Assembly (NCBI GenBank): GCA_902798615.1
Contig: CADBXL010000029.1
Location: forward strand, 3,722-67,721
Length of the DNA: 64,000 nt
Reading direction: 5' to 3'
Source: an uncultured Bacteroidales bacterium
GTDB lineage: Bacteria; Bacteroidota; Bacteroidia; Bacteroidales; Bacteroidaceae
Within the stretch, counting starts at the first letter, position 1, and each line of letters begins with the position of its first letter. This document shows positions 31,164-41,471 of this stretch, piece by piece. A program made the position numbers and the translations under genes. A model generated the notes under the pieces. The model was not told where the DNA came from. It worked only from the letters and a program-made list of their open reading frames with translations, and made no database searches.

Positions 31164-31916
31164 TTAGTTCCAAGCGTCGATGATACCCTTGAAGTCAGCA
31201 GCCTTCAGAGAAGCGCCACCGATAAGGCCACCGTCGATGTCAGGCTTAGCGAAGAGCTCAGGAGCGTTAGAAGCCTTGCAAGAACCACCGTAGAGGATAG
31301 TTGTGTTGTCAGCAGCCTCTGCACCGTAAACCTCAGCTACGCAAGAACGGATGAAAGCGTGGATTTCCTCTGCCTGCTCAGCAGTAGCGGTCTTACCTGT
31401 ACCGATAGCCCAGATTGGCTCGTAAGCGATAACGATGTTCTTCCACTCCTCAGCAGAAAGGTGGAATACAGAACCAGCGAGCTCAGCCTTACATACAGCC
31501 TCCTGCTTGTTAGCCTCACGCTCAGCGAGAGACTCACCGATACAGAAGATAACCTTCAAACCGTTAGCGAGAGCGAGGTTAACCTTCTCCTTGAGAATCT
31601 CTGGAGTCTCGTGATAGTACTCACGACGCTCAGAGTGACCGAGGATAACGTACTCAGCACCTGTTGACTTAACCATCTCAGCAGAAACCTCACCTGTATA
31701 AGCACCAGAAGCCTTGTCTGCGCAGTTCTCAGCAGAGAGCTTGATGCAGCTGCCCTTGATAACGTCAGCAACGCTTGCGAGGTGGATGAATGGAGTACCG
31801 ATGATAACATCACAGTTAGGGTTCTTTACTACCTCTGTAAGTTCCTTTGCGAGAGCAACGCCCTCCTGCAGGTTCTTGTTCATTTTCCAGTTACCTGCTA
31901 CGATTTTCTTTCTCAT
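31164..31916 (-). CDS. tpiA: Triosephosphate isomerase domain (possible independent internal start)
   Basis: [30 protein letters not shown] and LIGGASL. The ATG at 31916 is preceded by an A-rich tract. Confidence 0.95.
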   Translation of the reverse strand: MRKKIVAGNWKMNKNLQEGVALAKELTEVVKNPNCDVIIGTPFIHLASVADVIKGSCIKLSAENCADKASGAYTGEVSAEMVKSTGAEYVILGHSERREYYHETPEILKEKVNLALANGLKVIFCIGESLAEREANKQEAVCKAELAGSVFHLSAEEWKNIVIAYEPIWAIGTGKTATAEQAEEIHAFIRSCVAEVYGAEAADNTTILYGGSCKASNAPELFAKPDIDGGLIGGASLKAADFKGIIDAWN

Positions 31917-33227
31917 TTTTTGTTTTGTTTTTAATAATTTATATATCCTGTCGGATTTTTCTAATTCTTTTTTCGATAGCCATCTTGACCACATCCAAAG
32001 TCTGTCGGCAATGGTGAGCAAGGCAAGAGGCAATACAAACCCGAGCAGTATCAGGGCTATTCTTCTGGCTAAGCCATCCTCAGGCAAATGCCCGAACTCA
32101 GACTTGCTCAACGGCTGCTTTATCATCTCGTCGGCTGGCAGGAGGTTATGGCTCCACTTGCCGATTACAGTACCGTCTTTCAACAGAAGGAGTCCCGGAT
32201 TGCTTCTGACGATTGTCTTCAGCGTTATCTCGTCCGTGTTATAGAACGGATATTCTGCTCCTGTCATATCCTTCCAGCGTGCAATGGCTGAATCGCCACT
32301 CGCCGTAAGGCAATAGAACTTATAGTGGTTCTCTGCGGCATATTCATAGATCATGTCTATGTTACCGAAGTTCGTGTCGTCGGCCTGTTCCAGATGCGGA
32401 GAGACAAGAAGGAAAACATATCCCTTGTTGATAGTCTCGGTCAGGTCATCGCCTGTCTGCATATCCGTGATGGAGAAATCATGGATAGGTGGAACATAGC
32501 CCTCGCTTATCTGTTTTGACTTGGAGTCTATGAAAGTCCAGGTAGAGTCAGGGTATTCCTCCAACGTGAATTCCTTTTGAACCCCGTCCTTCTCCAATAT
32601 GAAGGTGGTCTCAAACTCAGGTGCCTTTGCTCCTTCGGGTATTTCCATTCCCTCAGGAATATTAGCACCTATGTGGTATGGTCGGAAGTCGAAGACAGGC
32701 AGGTCGTACAAACTCCATACTGATGTGCCGAGGATGAAGAGAATGGTATAGTGGAATACAATCCATTGGTTACTGAGATTCACGAACCTTGGCATCTTCA
32801 ATGGCCATCTCGCTATCACAAATGCAAGTGCAAGGAGGATGATGTTCTTCAGAAGCGTTTCGCCATTGCTCAGACGTATCGCGTCGCCGAAGCATCCGCA
32901 GTCGCTTACCGGGTCTGACGCCCACACCCATACAGTTACCAGAGTCATCACGACCATGAAGACGAGCATCACGTTGGCTACTATTTTCCTCAGTATGGCG
33001 AAGAGAAGGAAAACACCAAGCGAGAACTCCAAAGCCGACAACGCCACAGATGTGGAGAGAGTCAGCCAGTCAGGCACATACTGCAACAGCCCCAGCGCCT
33101 CCGCATAGTCCTGCAGCTTATACTGCGTTCCTATTGGGTCAACCGCCTTAACATATCCTGAGAAGATGAATGTTATGGAGAGTATGACTCGGGCAATGTT
33201 AATCAGTATTGTTTGAAGCCTCTTCAC
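31164..33227 (-). CDS. DoxX/MauE-like membrane protein (BT_3928 family) in-frame with triosephosphate isomerase
   Basis: One stop-free ORF: [10 protein letters not shown] and DCGCFGDA N-terminal part, thioredoxin-like middle (RSNPG) and a full TIM domain. Confidence 0.8.
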   Translation of the reverse strand: MKRLQTILINIARVILSITFIFSGYVKAVDPIGTQYKLQDYAEALGLLQYVPDWLTLSTSVALSALEFSLGVFLLFAILRKIVANVMLVFMVVMTLVTVWVWASDPVSDCGCFGDAIRLSNGETLLKNIILLALAFVIARWPLKMPRFVNLSNQWIVFHYTILFILGTSVWSLYDLPVFDFRPYHIGANIPEGMEIPEGAKAPEFETTFILEKDGVQKEFTLEEYPDSTWTFIDSKSKQISEGYVPPIHDFSITDMQTGDDLTETINKGYVFLLVSPHLEQADDTNFGNIDMIYEYAAENHYKFYCLTASGDSAIARWKDMTGAEYPFYNTDEITLKTIVRSNPGLLLLKDGTVIGKWSHNLLPADEMIKQPLSKSEFGHLPEDGLARRIALILLGFVLPLALLTIADRLWMWSRWLSKKELEKSDRIYKLLKTKQKMRKKIVAGNWKMNKNLQEGVALAKELTEVVKNPNCDVIIGTPFIHLASVADVIKGSCIKLSAENCADKASGAYTGEVSAEMVKSTGAEYVILGHSERREYYHETPEILKEKVNLALANGLKVIFCIGESLAEREANKQEAVCKAELAGSVFHLSAEEWKNIVIAYEPIWAIGTGKTATAEQAEEIHAFIRSCVAEVYGAEAADNTTILYGGSCKASNAPELFAKPDIDGGLIGGASLKAADFKGIIDAWN

Positions 33228-33763
33228 TTTTCTTCCTTGGTCTTAATGAGTCCGAATACAGCGTAGTTTATGATGTCCATATAGTTTGAATCAATACCTT
33301 CTGACACGCTAACCTTACCCTGATGATCCTCAATCTCCTTTATCCTGTTTATCTTTGTGAGGATGAAATCAGTATAGCTTGTAACCCGCATTCCGCGCCA
33401 AGCCTCGGCATAGTCATGGTTCTTGCGAATCATTAACTGCAAGGTCTCTTCCGCAAAGTGGTCGTAAAGTTCAATGGCACGCTTCTTGTCAATGTCGGGC
33501 TCGTCAACGTAGCCTTCCTGCAACTGTATCAGCCCTATGATGCCATAGTTGACCAACGCCATTATCTCGGGACGGATCCCCTCTTCAACCATAGCCACCT
33601 CGCCAGTCTCAAGCTGACGAATGCGCTTTGCCTTTATGAAGAGCTGGTCGGTAAGAGAAGATGGACGGAGAATACGCCAGGAGGCACTATAGTCTCCCAG
33701 CTTTGCGGTAAAGATATCTCGGCACTCTTTTAGTGCGCTTCTGAATTCTTCCTCAGTTGTCAT
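33224..33763 (-). CDS. DUF1599 domain protein
   Basis: Two internal repeats: K..DY..SWR/AWR..R..S.TD, and D..NYA.FGLI. Confidence 0.8.
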   Translation of the reverse strand: MTTEEEFRSALKECRDIFTAKLGDYSASWRILRPSSLTDQLFIKAKRIRQLETGEVAMVEEGIRPEIMALVNYGIIGLIQLQEGYVDEPDIDKKRAIELYDHFAEETLQLMIRKNHDYAEAWRGMRVTSYTDFILTKINRIKEIEDHQGKVSVSEGIDSNYMDIINYAVFGLIKTKEEK

Positions 33764-33781
33764 AGTCTTAATCTTTTATGA

Positions 33782-33897
33782 GTCAAAGGTCGAAGGTCAA
33801 AGGTTGAAGGTCGAAGGTCAAAGGTCGAAAGCCTTAGTCCTTAGTCTTTAGACCTTAGACATTAGTCTTTAGTCTTTCGACTTTAGTCCTTAGACTA
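33782..33897. repeat. Heptamer tandem repeats (AGGTCRA, then TTAGTCY)
   Basis: 7-bp period. A shorter inverted counterpart lies at about 49104-49152. Confidence 0.8.
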
Positions 33898-33972
33898 CAT
33901 TATGAGTGCAAAGTTACTCATTTTTAGCGATATTTCAAAGAAAAAGCCTCTGAAAATGCCAATTCATATAGG

Positions 33973-34449
33973 TCATTTATCTTTTGTCAACTCTTTTTGA
34001 CGTTTGTGAATGTATTTTATCTTTGCACATTCCAGATTGAAAACGCCCTGAAGGGAGTCACGATATGCTCTCAATTCGTTGAACTTCTGGAGTTCTTCCT
34101 GGGTAGCCGTACATGCTTTGCGATGTGCCTCTACCTGTGGTTTCATCTCGTCAAACTGCCTTATTGCTGACTGAAGGGCGGAATCCACCTCAGCAAGATT
34201 TGCCTGTGCCATTTTCAGAGATGCCTCCTGATGGAACTTCAAGGCTTCCCTGCGCTCTTCTACAGCCTCGGGATAATAATGACGCATAGAGTCTATGGAA
34301 TAAATCACACGCTGATAGTTGCCGGCCTCATAGTCAGCCTGTATTTCCTTGAGCAACTGCTTGGCTTCAGGGTTTTTCTCGCAACCTGTGAGGAGAACCG
34401 TACTGAAAGTTACACAAATAGCCAATCTGAGTACTTGTAACGATGTCAT
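33973..34449 (-). CDS. Hypothetical coiled-coil lipoprotein
   Basis: Lipobox LLTGC. The start is uncertain (34473 or 34449). Confidence 0.65.
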   Translation of the reverse strand: MTSLQVLRLAICVTFSTVLLTGCEKNPEAKQLLKEIQADYEAGNYQRVIYSIDSMRHYYPEAVEERREALKFHQEASLKMAQANLAEVDSALQSAIRQFDEMKPQVEAHRKACTATQEELQKFNELRAYRDSLQGVFNLECAKIKYIHKRQKELTKDK

Positions 34450-34543
34450 TGCTATGTTTTTACGTAAATTCATGGTGCAAAAGTACTAAAAAAATCAGAA
34501 ACACCCGAATATGTCATTCTTTTTTTGTAATTTTGCAGGCGAA

Positions 34544-36145
34544 ATGAAGGATTATACTGACGCCGAACTGGCGGAATTACTTGATAAAGATATTTTTCAC
34601 ATGATTTCAGAGGCTGCCGACAGCCTCGGTCTTGAATGTTATGTGGTAGGGGGATATGTCCGTGATATATTCCTCGAAAAACCATCTGATGATATTGACT
34701 GCGTGGTGGTGGCTCCTAACGGAATGCCATCCCCTGGAATTGCTGTTGCCAAGAGTCTGAAGAAGAGACTTGGCAAGAAAGCCTCTCTTTCTGTATTCAA
34801 GAACTTTGGAACAGCACAAGTGAAGGTATATGGAAGGGATATAAACGAATCGGCTTCCTCTCTACGGGAGAGGGCGGGGGAAGAGGCTGTTGAGGAGTCT
34901 TCTATAGAAATAGAATTCGTCGGCGCTCGCAAGGAAAGCTACCAGCGTGATTCCCGCAAGCCTATCGTTGAAGACGGCACTCTTGAGGATGACCAGAACC
35001 GTCGTGATTTTACCATCAACGCTATGGCTATCTGTTTGAACAAGAGTCGCTTTGGTGAACTCGTTGACCCGTTTGGAGGTGTTGATGACCTGTATGATGG
35101 AATAATCCGCACACCTCTTGATCCAGACATCACTTTCTCCGATGACCCTTTGCGAATGCTCCGTTGCATCCGCTTTGCTACACGCTTCAACTTCCTTATC
35201 GAAGACGAGACTTTCGAGGCTCTTGAACGTAATGCCGAGCGTATCAAAATCATTAGTGGAGAGCGCATAGCAGAAGAGTTGAACAAGATTCTTATGACCA
35301 AGCATCCAAGTCGTGGCTTCGTGGATTTGCAACGCTCTGGTCTCCTTGCAATTATCTTCCCTGAACTCTCGCAGATGGATATGGTCGAGACTAAGAATGG
35401 TCGTGCCCATAAGAATAATTTCTACCATACTTTGGAGGTGTTGGAAAATCTTATTTCGCAAACCACCAACACCCAACCTGCTCCGACAGGCACAAATGAA
35501 ACCTCCGTCGGTTCTCCGGCTCCCTCTCTACGGGAGAGGGCGGGGGGAGAGGCTCCTCTCTGGCTCCGTTGGGCAGCAGTTCTCCACGACATCGGCAAAC
35601 CGAAGAGCAAGCGCTGGGATCCTGTTCAGGGTTGGACATTCCATGCCCACAACATTATAGGCGCAAAGATGATTCCCGGTATCTTCCGCAGAATGAAACT
35701 ACCTATGGATGCCAAGATGAAATTCGTACAGAAGATGGTGGAACTTCACATGCGTCCTATCGCTATTGCCGATGATATTGTTACCGATTCTGCCGTTCGT
35801 CGTATGGTGAATGATGCTGGTGATGATATTGATGCTCTCATGGCTCTCTGCGAGGCTGATATAACGAGCAAGAACCAACAACGAAAGCAAAAGTTCCTTG
35901 ACAACTATCAGCTTGTGCGCCAGAAGATTGAAGACTTAAAGGAAAAGGATTTCAAGCGACTTCTCCAACCTGTTATTGACGGTAACGAGATTATGGAGAT
36001 GTATAATCTCAAACCATCACGAGAAGTCGGAATCCTAAAGCAATATCTCAAGGATGCTGTTCTCGATAATAAGGTTGAGAACGAGCGCGAACCTCTCCTT
36101 GCCTTGCTCAACGAGAAAGCAAAGGAATTAGGTTTAGTGAAGTGA
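34544..36145 (+). CDS. cca: CCA tRNA nucleotidyltransferase with HD domain, carrying two in-frame REP insertions
   Basis: VGGYVRD, DIDC, RRDFTINA, DDPLRMLR and LHDIGK. The start is reassigned to MKDYT (34544). Confidence 0.92.
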   Translation: MKDYTDAELAELLDKDIFHMISEAADSLGLECYVVGGYVRDIFLEKPSDDIDCVVVAPNGMPSPGIAVAKSLKKRLGKKASLSVFKNFGTAQVKVYGRDINESASSLRERAGEEAVEESSIEIEFVGARKESYQRDSRKPIVEDGTLEDDQNRRDFTINAMAICLNKSRFGELVDPFGGVDDLYDGIIRTPLDPDITFSDDPLRMLRCIRFATRFNFLIEDETFEALERNAERIKIISGERIAEELNKILMTKHPSRGFVDLQRSGLLAIIFPELSQMDMVETKNGRAHKNNFYHTLEVLENLISQTTNTQPAPTGTNETSVGSPAPSLRERAGGEAPLWLRWAAVLHDIGKPKSKRWDPVQGWTFHAHNIIGAKMIPGIFRRMKLPMDAKMKFVQKMVELHMRPIAIADDIVTDSAVRRMVNDAGDDIDALMALCEADITSKNQQRKQKFLDNYQLVRQKIEDLKEKDFKRLLQPVIDGNEIMEMYNLKPSREVGILKQYLKDAVLDNKVENEREPLLALLNEKAKELGLVK

Positions 36146-36266
36146 AGAGTGAAAAGTGAAGAGTGAAAAGTGAAGAGTGAAGAATTTAAGTTACCATTTA
36201 TTGCGAAAGGTTGATAGACTGCCTTAAACTGCAATACAAACTTAAATTCTTCACTCTTCACTTTTC
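36137..36266. repeat. Heptamer-armed inverted-repeat element (AGTGAAG arrays, GAATTTAAGTT..AACTTAAATTC)
   Basis: A related copy in the opposite orientation lies at 56304-56428. Confidence 0.8.
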
Positions 36267-36303
36267 GTTTTTTACTCCTCCTTACAACCACCTTTCCTTT
36301 TAT

Positions 36304-36400
36304 GATCCTCCATCGATAGTCCATCAGTCCTCCATCGATCCTCCATCGAAACGATGGACTTGCGATGGAGTAACGATGGAGTAACGATGGAGTATCTACG
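36304..36400. repeat. Inverted arrays of 11-bp units (CTCCATCG x4, CGATGGAG x4)
   Basis: Units start at 36308, 36319, 36330, 36341 and 36352, 36363, 36374, 36385. Confidence 0.85.
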
Positions 36401-36522
36401 GTATTTCTGCGGCAAATCAAGGGAAAATCTACGAAATAAAAAAGCTTATGCCCGAAATGGACATAAGCTTTCCGTTACCATACAACCTGTAATTTCACCA
36501 AAACCAAATTTCTCTAAATCCT

Positions 36523-37626
36523 CTATTTTTTTTCTTCCTTTACATCTTTTCTCTTGCCTTTTATAAAGCTACTGAGAATCGAATTTTCCATAGGAGCGAT
36601 TCGAATACTATTATACTCTGTTGGTGGTATTGTGAAGAAATATCCATCTTCCGTTATGCTAAAGTCCAAACCCCTTTTCCATCCATTTTGAGATAATCCC
36701 TTCAGAATTGGCCTAAACAATGCAGATTCAGGACGTTTTGTTCTCAGCTTCTTCTTAGCTTCTTCATATGCTTTGTAGTTATAATCGTAGATTTGATTTC
36801 CGTTATGGGCAAGGTAGTCCTTTGTGACTTTATTGACCTCATCCATTATCTTCTTAGCCAACACTTCATCCTTTTGCGGAATGAAGAATGTTTTGCCGTT
36901 ACGAACTTGGGATGATTTCTTCCCTCCAGTTCCTTTTCCCGTAAGGATGTGTTCCTTATCGTAATTTTGCGAATTGTAATCCCATGATTTCACGCCTTCC
37001 CGATTAAAAACAGGAAGTATGACATTCCTATATGCTTCGAAATCAAAGTATTCCTCTTTAGCATAATCCGCATATTCTATTCTTTTGTGTAAAATATGGA
37101 AATAAATAAGTTTTCCAATCTCGGTTTCTTTTGAACGCATACTAAATGTGAGAGTTTCCGTTGTATCTGGAAATTCCCAATCGTCCTTGCTTTTTTTTCT
37201 GCTTTTGTTTGATTCAAGGCATATAGAATAATTTACTGTGTCGATATCTCGATTGTGATTTTCAAAATGATATGATTCTTCAGATGTTTCCATTAGCGAA
37301 TCTAACATTTGACGGACACGGGCACAAGTTTCCTTATAGATTTTTTCTTCATTATCTATCCTGGACTTCAAAGAGTCTGCATCTGGGGCTTCCTCGCCCC
37401 TGGCTAATTTGGAATTAATAAAATCAGTTATTCCCTTCATGTTGCGGAATGAACGCTTTAAATTAAGGGTATGTTGAAATATAACGTATGTTCCCTTATC
37501 GTGGACTTTGCGTTTCCAGTCATACCCGCCAATAGACCTGGTAATTTCGTCAAGTCCTAACTCCCTCTGTGCCAACGTATTCATAGCCAGCACCAAGGAA
37601 AATATTATCGTGATAATTCTTTTCAT
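36523..37626 (-). CDS. Secreted hypothetical protein (DUF5024-like), third gene of ECF module 1
   Basis: Signal peptide. Shares ESY...D, F...AY and IP motifs with 45986-47068. The family name is from recollection. Confidence 0.6.
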   Translation of the reverse strand: MKRIITIIFSLVLAMNTLAQRELGLDEITRSIGGYDWKRKVHDKGTYVIFQHTLNLKRSFRNMKGITDFINSKLARGEEAPDADSLKSRIDNEEKIYKETCARVRQMLDSLMETSEESYHFENHNRDIDTVNYSICLESNKSRKKSKDDWEFPDTTETLTFSMRSKETEIGKLIYFHILHKRIEYADYAKEEYFDFEAYRNVILPVFNREGVKSWDYNSQNYDKEHILTGKGTGGKKSSQVRNGKTFFIPQKDEVLAKKIMDEVNKVTKDYLAHNGNQIYDYNYKAYEEAKKKLRTKRPESALFRPILKGLSQNGWKRGLDFSITEDGYFFTIPPTEYNSIRIAPMENSILSSFIKGKRKDVKEEKK

Positions 37627-37641
37627 AAATTCTTTGCTTTA

Positions 37642-38304
37642 TTAATTAATCGCACTTCTTGCGTTGAGGGCTGCCACTCTTCGTACTACCAACTCGCCTC
37701 TTTCACGAATGTTTCTTGTAAACTCTATGAAAAGTTTCTTGGATTCTCGTATATCAGGCTCTTCGACTTGTGCTATATCATTTATATCATCCATACCACC
37801 CATAGGCTCAGCAATAGGTTCTGCCTCTTGTCTTGTGATGCTCTCCTGTTGCTCTTCTTCAGCTCTTCTTGATACGCGAGACTTGTGCTTTGTCTTGTGC
37901 GTGGGCAGAGGCTTTGTGGAGATTTCACTTTTGACTAATTCTTTTGTCTCAACAGTCTTTGGTTCTGTTTCGACATCTTTCTTAGGCTCAACCTTTGCTA
38001 TTTGAGGCTTGCTGACGGTCTCTTCTCTTGGAGGACCGAGGAAGACGATGAGCAAGGCGGCAACACAGGCAGCTGCAACCCAAGCCCATAGCCTGATGAA
38101 GCGAGGCTTCTGCTTGCGCTCAGCCATTATTTGGTCGAATAGTGCCTCGTCGATGGTCAGTTCGCCAAGCATCTCGGCTATGACCTTCCAGTCATCGGGT
38201 GCATCCTTTCGGGAAACTTCAAGAGCAAGAAGTCTCTCCTCCTCGGCAGTTGTCTCGCCGTTGAGATATTTCTGGATTAATATTTCAATCTCGTTATATG
38301 TCAT
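37642..38304 (-). CDS. Anti-sigma-like single-TM protein
   Basis: LIQKYLNGETTAEEE N-terminus and one TM helix, downstream of an ECF sigma. Confidence 0.75.
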   Translation of the reverse strand: MTYNEIEILIQKYLNGETTAEEERLLALEVSRKDAPDDWKVIAEMLGELTIDEALFDQIMAERKQKPRFIRLWAWVAAACVAALLIVFLGPPREETVSKPQIAKVEPKKDVETEPKTVETKELVKSEISTKPLPTHKTKHKSRVSRRAEEEQQESITRQEAEPIAEPMGGMDDINDIAQVEEPDIRESKKLFIEFTRNIRERGELVVRRVAALNARSAIN

Positions 38305-38511
38305 GTTGTTAATACTTTTACTGTTAAATCAAATCGGGCTTGCGCCCTGTGGCGGAAAGTAAATTAGAAGTAAATTAATTCAGTAAAATATATTCAGTAA
38401 ATTATTATTTTTCAGCATTTCCAAGCGACGGATGTCGCTCCTGTAATTTACTGATTTAATTTTCTCCTAATTTACTTTCTAAAAGGAGCATTTACTTCCC
38501 GAAAGAAGAAT

Positions 38512-39030
38512 TTACTTTCTAAGTCTTTCTTTAATTTCCTCGAAGACTTTCTTTCTTGCTGCCGAGACAATACTCTTTATCGAAGGTTTCGCGATGTTTG
38601 TCCGTTTTGCTATGTCGTCAAGCTCAAGACCTTCTATCTGCCTCATTTCAAACAGGCGTCGCTCACTCGGTTTAAGATGCTGAACGGCTTTGTCAACAGC
38701 CTCATGAAGTTCCTTTGCCTCCAGAGTCTCGTGAGGCGACGCCCCCACATCCTTTCCTGGTGGTGCTATCTCCTCATTCGATCTGCATAACACAAAAGGG
38801 CTGGATTTCCTTTTCCTCGCTATATCCAGACAACAATGTTTTGCCACCCTGATGGCAAGGGCATCATGCCGGGCACCAGACTCCATTCTGTCGATGAACT
38901 TTAGAAGAGCTACCAATCCCTCCTGTGCAACGTCCTCGGCATCATCATCATTGCCGAAGAAACTGCGGCCTACCGAGAGCATCAACTCTCGGAGCGCTGG
39001 GGCTATATGTTCAAACTCTTCTTGGGTCAT
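38512..39030 (-). CDS. ECF-type RNA polymerase sigma factor
   Basis: Region 2 (DAEDVAQE) and region 4 (LFEMRQIEGLELDDIA) only. Confidence 0.85.
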   Translation of the reverse strand: MTQEEFEHIAPALRELMLSVGRSFFGNDDDAEDVAQEGLVALLKFIDRMESGARHDALAIRVAKHCCLDIARKRKSSPFVLCRSNEEIAPPGKDVGASPHETLEAKELHEAVDKAVQHLKPSERRLFEMRQIEGLELDDIAKRTNIAKPSIKSIVSAARKKVFEEIKERLRK

Positions 39031-39313
39031 TCTACAATATAAGCGTATGTCAATGTGAAAAGTTAAGTTGGAAAATCATTTTTTTTTTACTATAATATTT
39101 TAAACGCAAAGACGATGCGTTTATTTTTGAACATGGAACTAACGAAAACTCCGTTTCTTTAGTGTTTTTTGTTTAGGAATAAAACTTTGCGTCTCTGCGT
39201 CTTTGCGTTTAATATACCATTGCAAAGATATGCATTTGTTTTTTATCATGCAATAGTTTCTGCATGGAAAAACATTTTTGATGGATTTATTTGGTAGATC
39301 GTTTGATATTTAT

Positions 39314-39400
39314 TAACTTTGCACTCACAAAATCGAAGACCGTGCGCCAGCCTTTGGGTTGACACGCACTTTTTGCATCATGCGAAGAAGCACTCGCAAA
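39314..39400 (+). promoter_or_regulatory. TAACTTTG promoter plus conserved two-hairpin leader (copy A)
   Basis: GACCGTGCGCCAGCCTTTGGGTTGACACGCACTTTTT, then TGCGA/TCGCA. Confidence 0.75.
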
Positions 39401-39459
39401 AGACGAAGATGGATAGCAGATAATTGTGATTCAGCATAAAATTTATTTACTACATTAAT

Positions 39460-39864
39460 ATGAAAAGGATTTTTAAGTATGCGCTAATGCTCGTGGTGGC
39501 TATTACGGGTGTTATGGCTGTATCATCATGCAGTAAGGATGATGATGAGAAAACTGAGGTTGTTGAACTGCGTGCAAAACTCGATGGCTCGTGGACTCTT
39601 ATGAAATATGATGGGGGCGATATCACCTGGGGTGAGTATATGGAGATTAAGGGTGATTCCATGATATGGAACAGCAGACTGCAAGGCGTGGATTCCAAGT
39701 ATAAGCTCACCTTCGATTCTGGCACTTCTTTCTCAGCAAAATGTGTTTGGGTAAGTGATGGGAGTGATGCGTATGACTGGGAGTTCAAAGTCATAAAGTG
39801 CACTTCAGATTCATTGGAGACAATCGACTCTTATGAGAAAACTCGCGTTTTCGTCAGAAAATAG
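39460..39864 (+). CDS. Lipocalin-like lipoprotein
   Basis: Lipobox AVSSC followed by KDDD, an L.GSW motif and beta-rich sequence. Confidence 0.7.
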   Translation: MKRIFKYALMLVVAITGVMAVSSCSKDDDEKTEVVELRAKLDGSWTLMKYDGGDITWGEYMEIKGDSMIWNSRLQGVDSKYKLTFDSGTSFSAKCVWVSDGSDAYDWEFKVIKCTSDSLETIDSYEKTRVFVRK

Positions 39865-39889
39865 AAACATGTTCTTGTAATAACAATAA

Positions 39890-39933
39890 CCCCTTGAAAT
39901 ACCTTCAGCGTTGGTATCTCAAGGGGCTTTTTC
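39890..39933 (+). terminator. Intrinsic terminator
   Basis: CCCCTTGAAATACC / GGTATCTCAAGGGG followed by CTTTTT. Confidence 0.8.
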
Positions 39934-39954
39934 GTTTATAACTGAGACTTGCTC

Positions 39955-41265
39955 TTATTCCTCAACTGTGAATCCCAGAGCCTCTATGGCAGAACGGATT
40001 TCATTGATATCGGCATTTCCGTCAATCTGTGCCTTGCCTGAAGCAAGGTCAACGCTTGCTGATGTCACACCATTGCAACCGAGAATAGCCTTCTCCGCAT
40101 TTGCGCGACAATGGTTGCAGTTCATTCCTTTGATTGTTATTTCCATATCGTGATTTTTTGTAGTTATATCGCATGATTCCTCGTCGTGGCAATGACAATG
40201 GTGATGACCGCCGTGATAGTGATGCCAAGCCGCATTGATAAGCAGAAGCATGAGCACTCCTGTGCAAATCCATGAGAAGAGAGAGGTCTCTTCGTGGCAA
40301 CATTCTGCTGATGGGGCTATTGTCGGTATGAACCATTCGCGTGGCAGAAGATGGTCTATTGTGAGTCCGAAACCTACAGCTCCTGCAATGATACTTGCCA
40401 GATACGTGATGAGGGTCTTCCTGCCCATAACCTTATTAATAACGAGTATGCTTGCCATATTACATGCAGGACCTGCCATAAGCAACACCAGAGCCGAACC
40501 TGGTGTTAATCCCTTCAGCATCAGGGCTACTGCGATAGGAATACTTCCCGTAGCGCACAGATACATTGGTATGGCAAAGGCGAGCACAAGTAGCATACTT
40601 GCCAACGAGTTATCCTTGAATACCTCGAAGAATGAGTCAGGCACAAGCACGGTTATCAGTCCTGCCACTATCAGTCCTATCATCAGCCATTTGCCTATAT
40701 CCTCCATCATTTCAAGGAAAGCGTAGGATAAGGCTTCCTTTATCTTCCCAATAAAAGAATGTTCGTGCTCGTGTGAATGTTCGTGGTTGTGACCGCATCC
40801 ACACTCACAATGAGCCTCTACAGGTTTATTATGCTGACTTTCCTCTCCCTCCCTCGGGAGGGCTGGGGAGGGGTCTTTGTCCGCCATATTCACCATCTGC
40901 CCTCCGAACAATGCTGTCACGAATGCTATGATTGGGCGAGCTATGGCGAATGGAAGTCCCATGAGCGAATAGGTGGCTATGATTGAGTCCACGCCTGTCT
41001 GTGGTGTTGCTATGAGGAATGAGGCTACTGCCCCCTTGCTTGCTCCTTCCTTACGGAGCGACATAGCCGTTGGGATTACTCCGCATGAGCAGAGTGGGAG
41101 AGGGATGCCAAAAAGGGCAGAGTAAAGCACGCTACTGAATGTTGGCTTGGCAAGATATCGGCTGTATATCTGCCCTGGGATGAATGCGTGCATAAGTCCT
41201 GCAAGGAGGAATCCTAATAATAGGAAAGGAGACATTTCGTTGATGAGATGTAGTATTTGTTCCAT
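39955..41265 (-). CDS. SO_0444-family metal permease with His-rich linker and C-terminal HMA domain
   Basis: PLPLCSCGVIP, PMYLCATGSIP, HNHEHSHEHEH and GMNCNHC. Confidence 0.88.
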   Translation of the reverse strand: MEQILHLINEMSPFLLLGFLLAGLMHAFIPGQIYSRYLAKPTFSSVLYSALFGIPLPLCSCGVIPTAMSLRKEGASKGAVASFLIATPQTGVDSIIATYSLMGLPFAIARPIIAFVTALFGGQMVNMADKDPSPALPREGEESQHNKPVEAHCECGCGHNHEHSHEHEHSFIGKIKEALSYAFLEMMEDIGKWLMIGLIVAGLITVLVPDSFFEVFKDNSLASMLLVLAFAIPMYLCATGSIPIAVALMLKGLTPGSALVLLMAGPACNMASILVINKVMGRKTLITYLASIIAGAVGFGLTIDHLLPREWFIPTIAPSAECCHEETSLFSWICTGVLMLLLINAAWHHYHGGHHHCHCHDEESCDITTKNHDMEITIKGMNCNHCRANAEKAILGCNGVTSASVDLASGKAQIDGNADINEIRSAIEALGFTVEE

Positions 41266-41471
41266 ATTTTCCTTTGTTTTTTATTTCTGGGTACAAAGGT
41301 ATATAAATGTCGGTGCAACGCTGTTGCAAATACTGCTTTTCTGTCAGAATGACATAAAAAATACTGCCATAACGCCATAATGACATAGCGGGTGTGCTTG
41401 GCAAATATGTTGTATTTGAAAAACTGAAATACTGAAAACTGAAATAATATAAAATATAAAAGGAGGTAAAT

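Noticed and set aside
36304-36400. Short repeats resembling a CRISPR array
   Set aside because: The units are 11 bp and contiguous with no unique spacers, and there are no cas genes in the window.
35908-36420. 170-aa minus-strand ORF, plus short ORFs at 28697-28934 and 58599-59173
   Set aside because: They are translations of repeat arrays or REPs and antisense gene ends.
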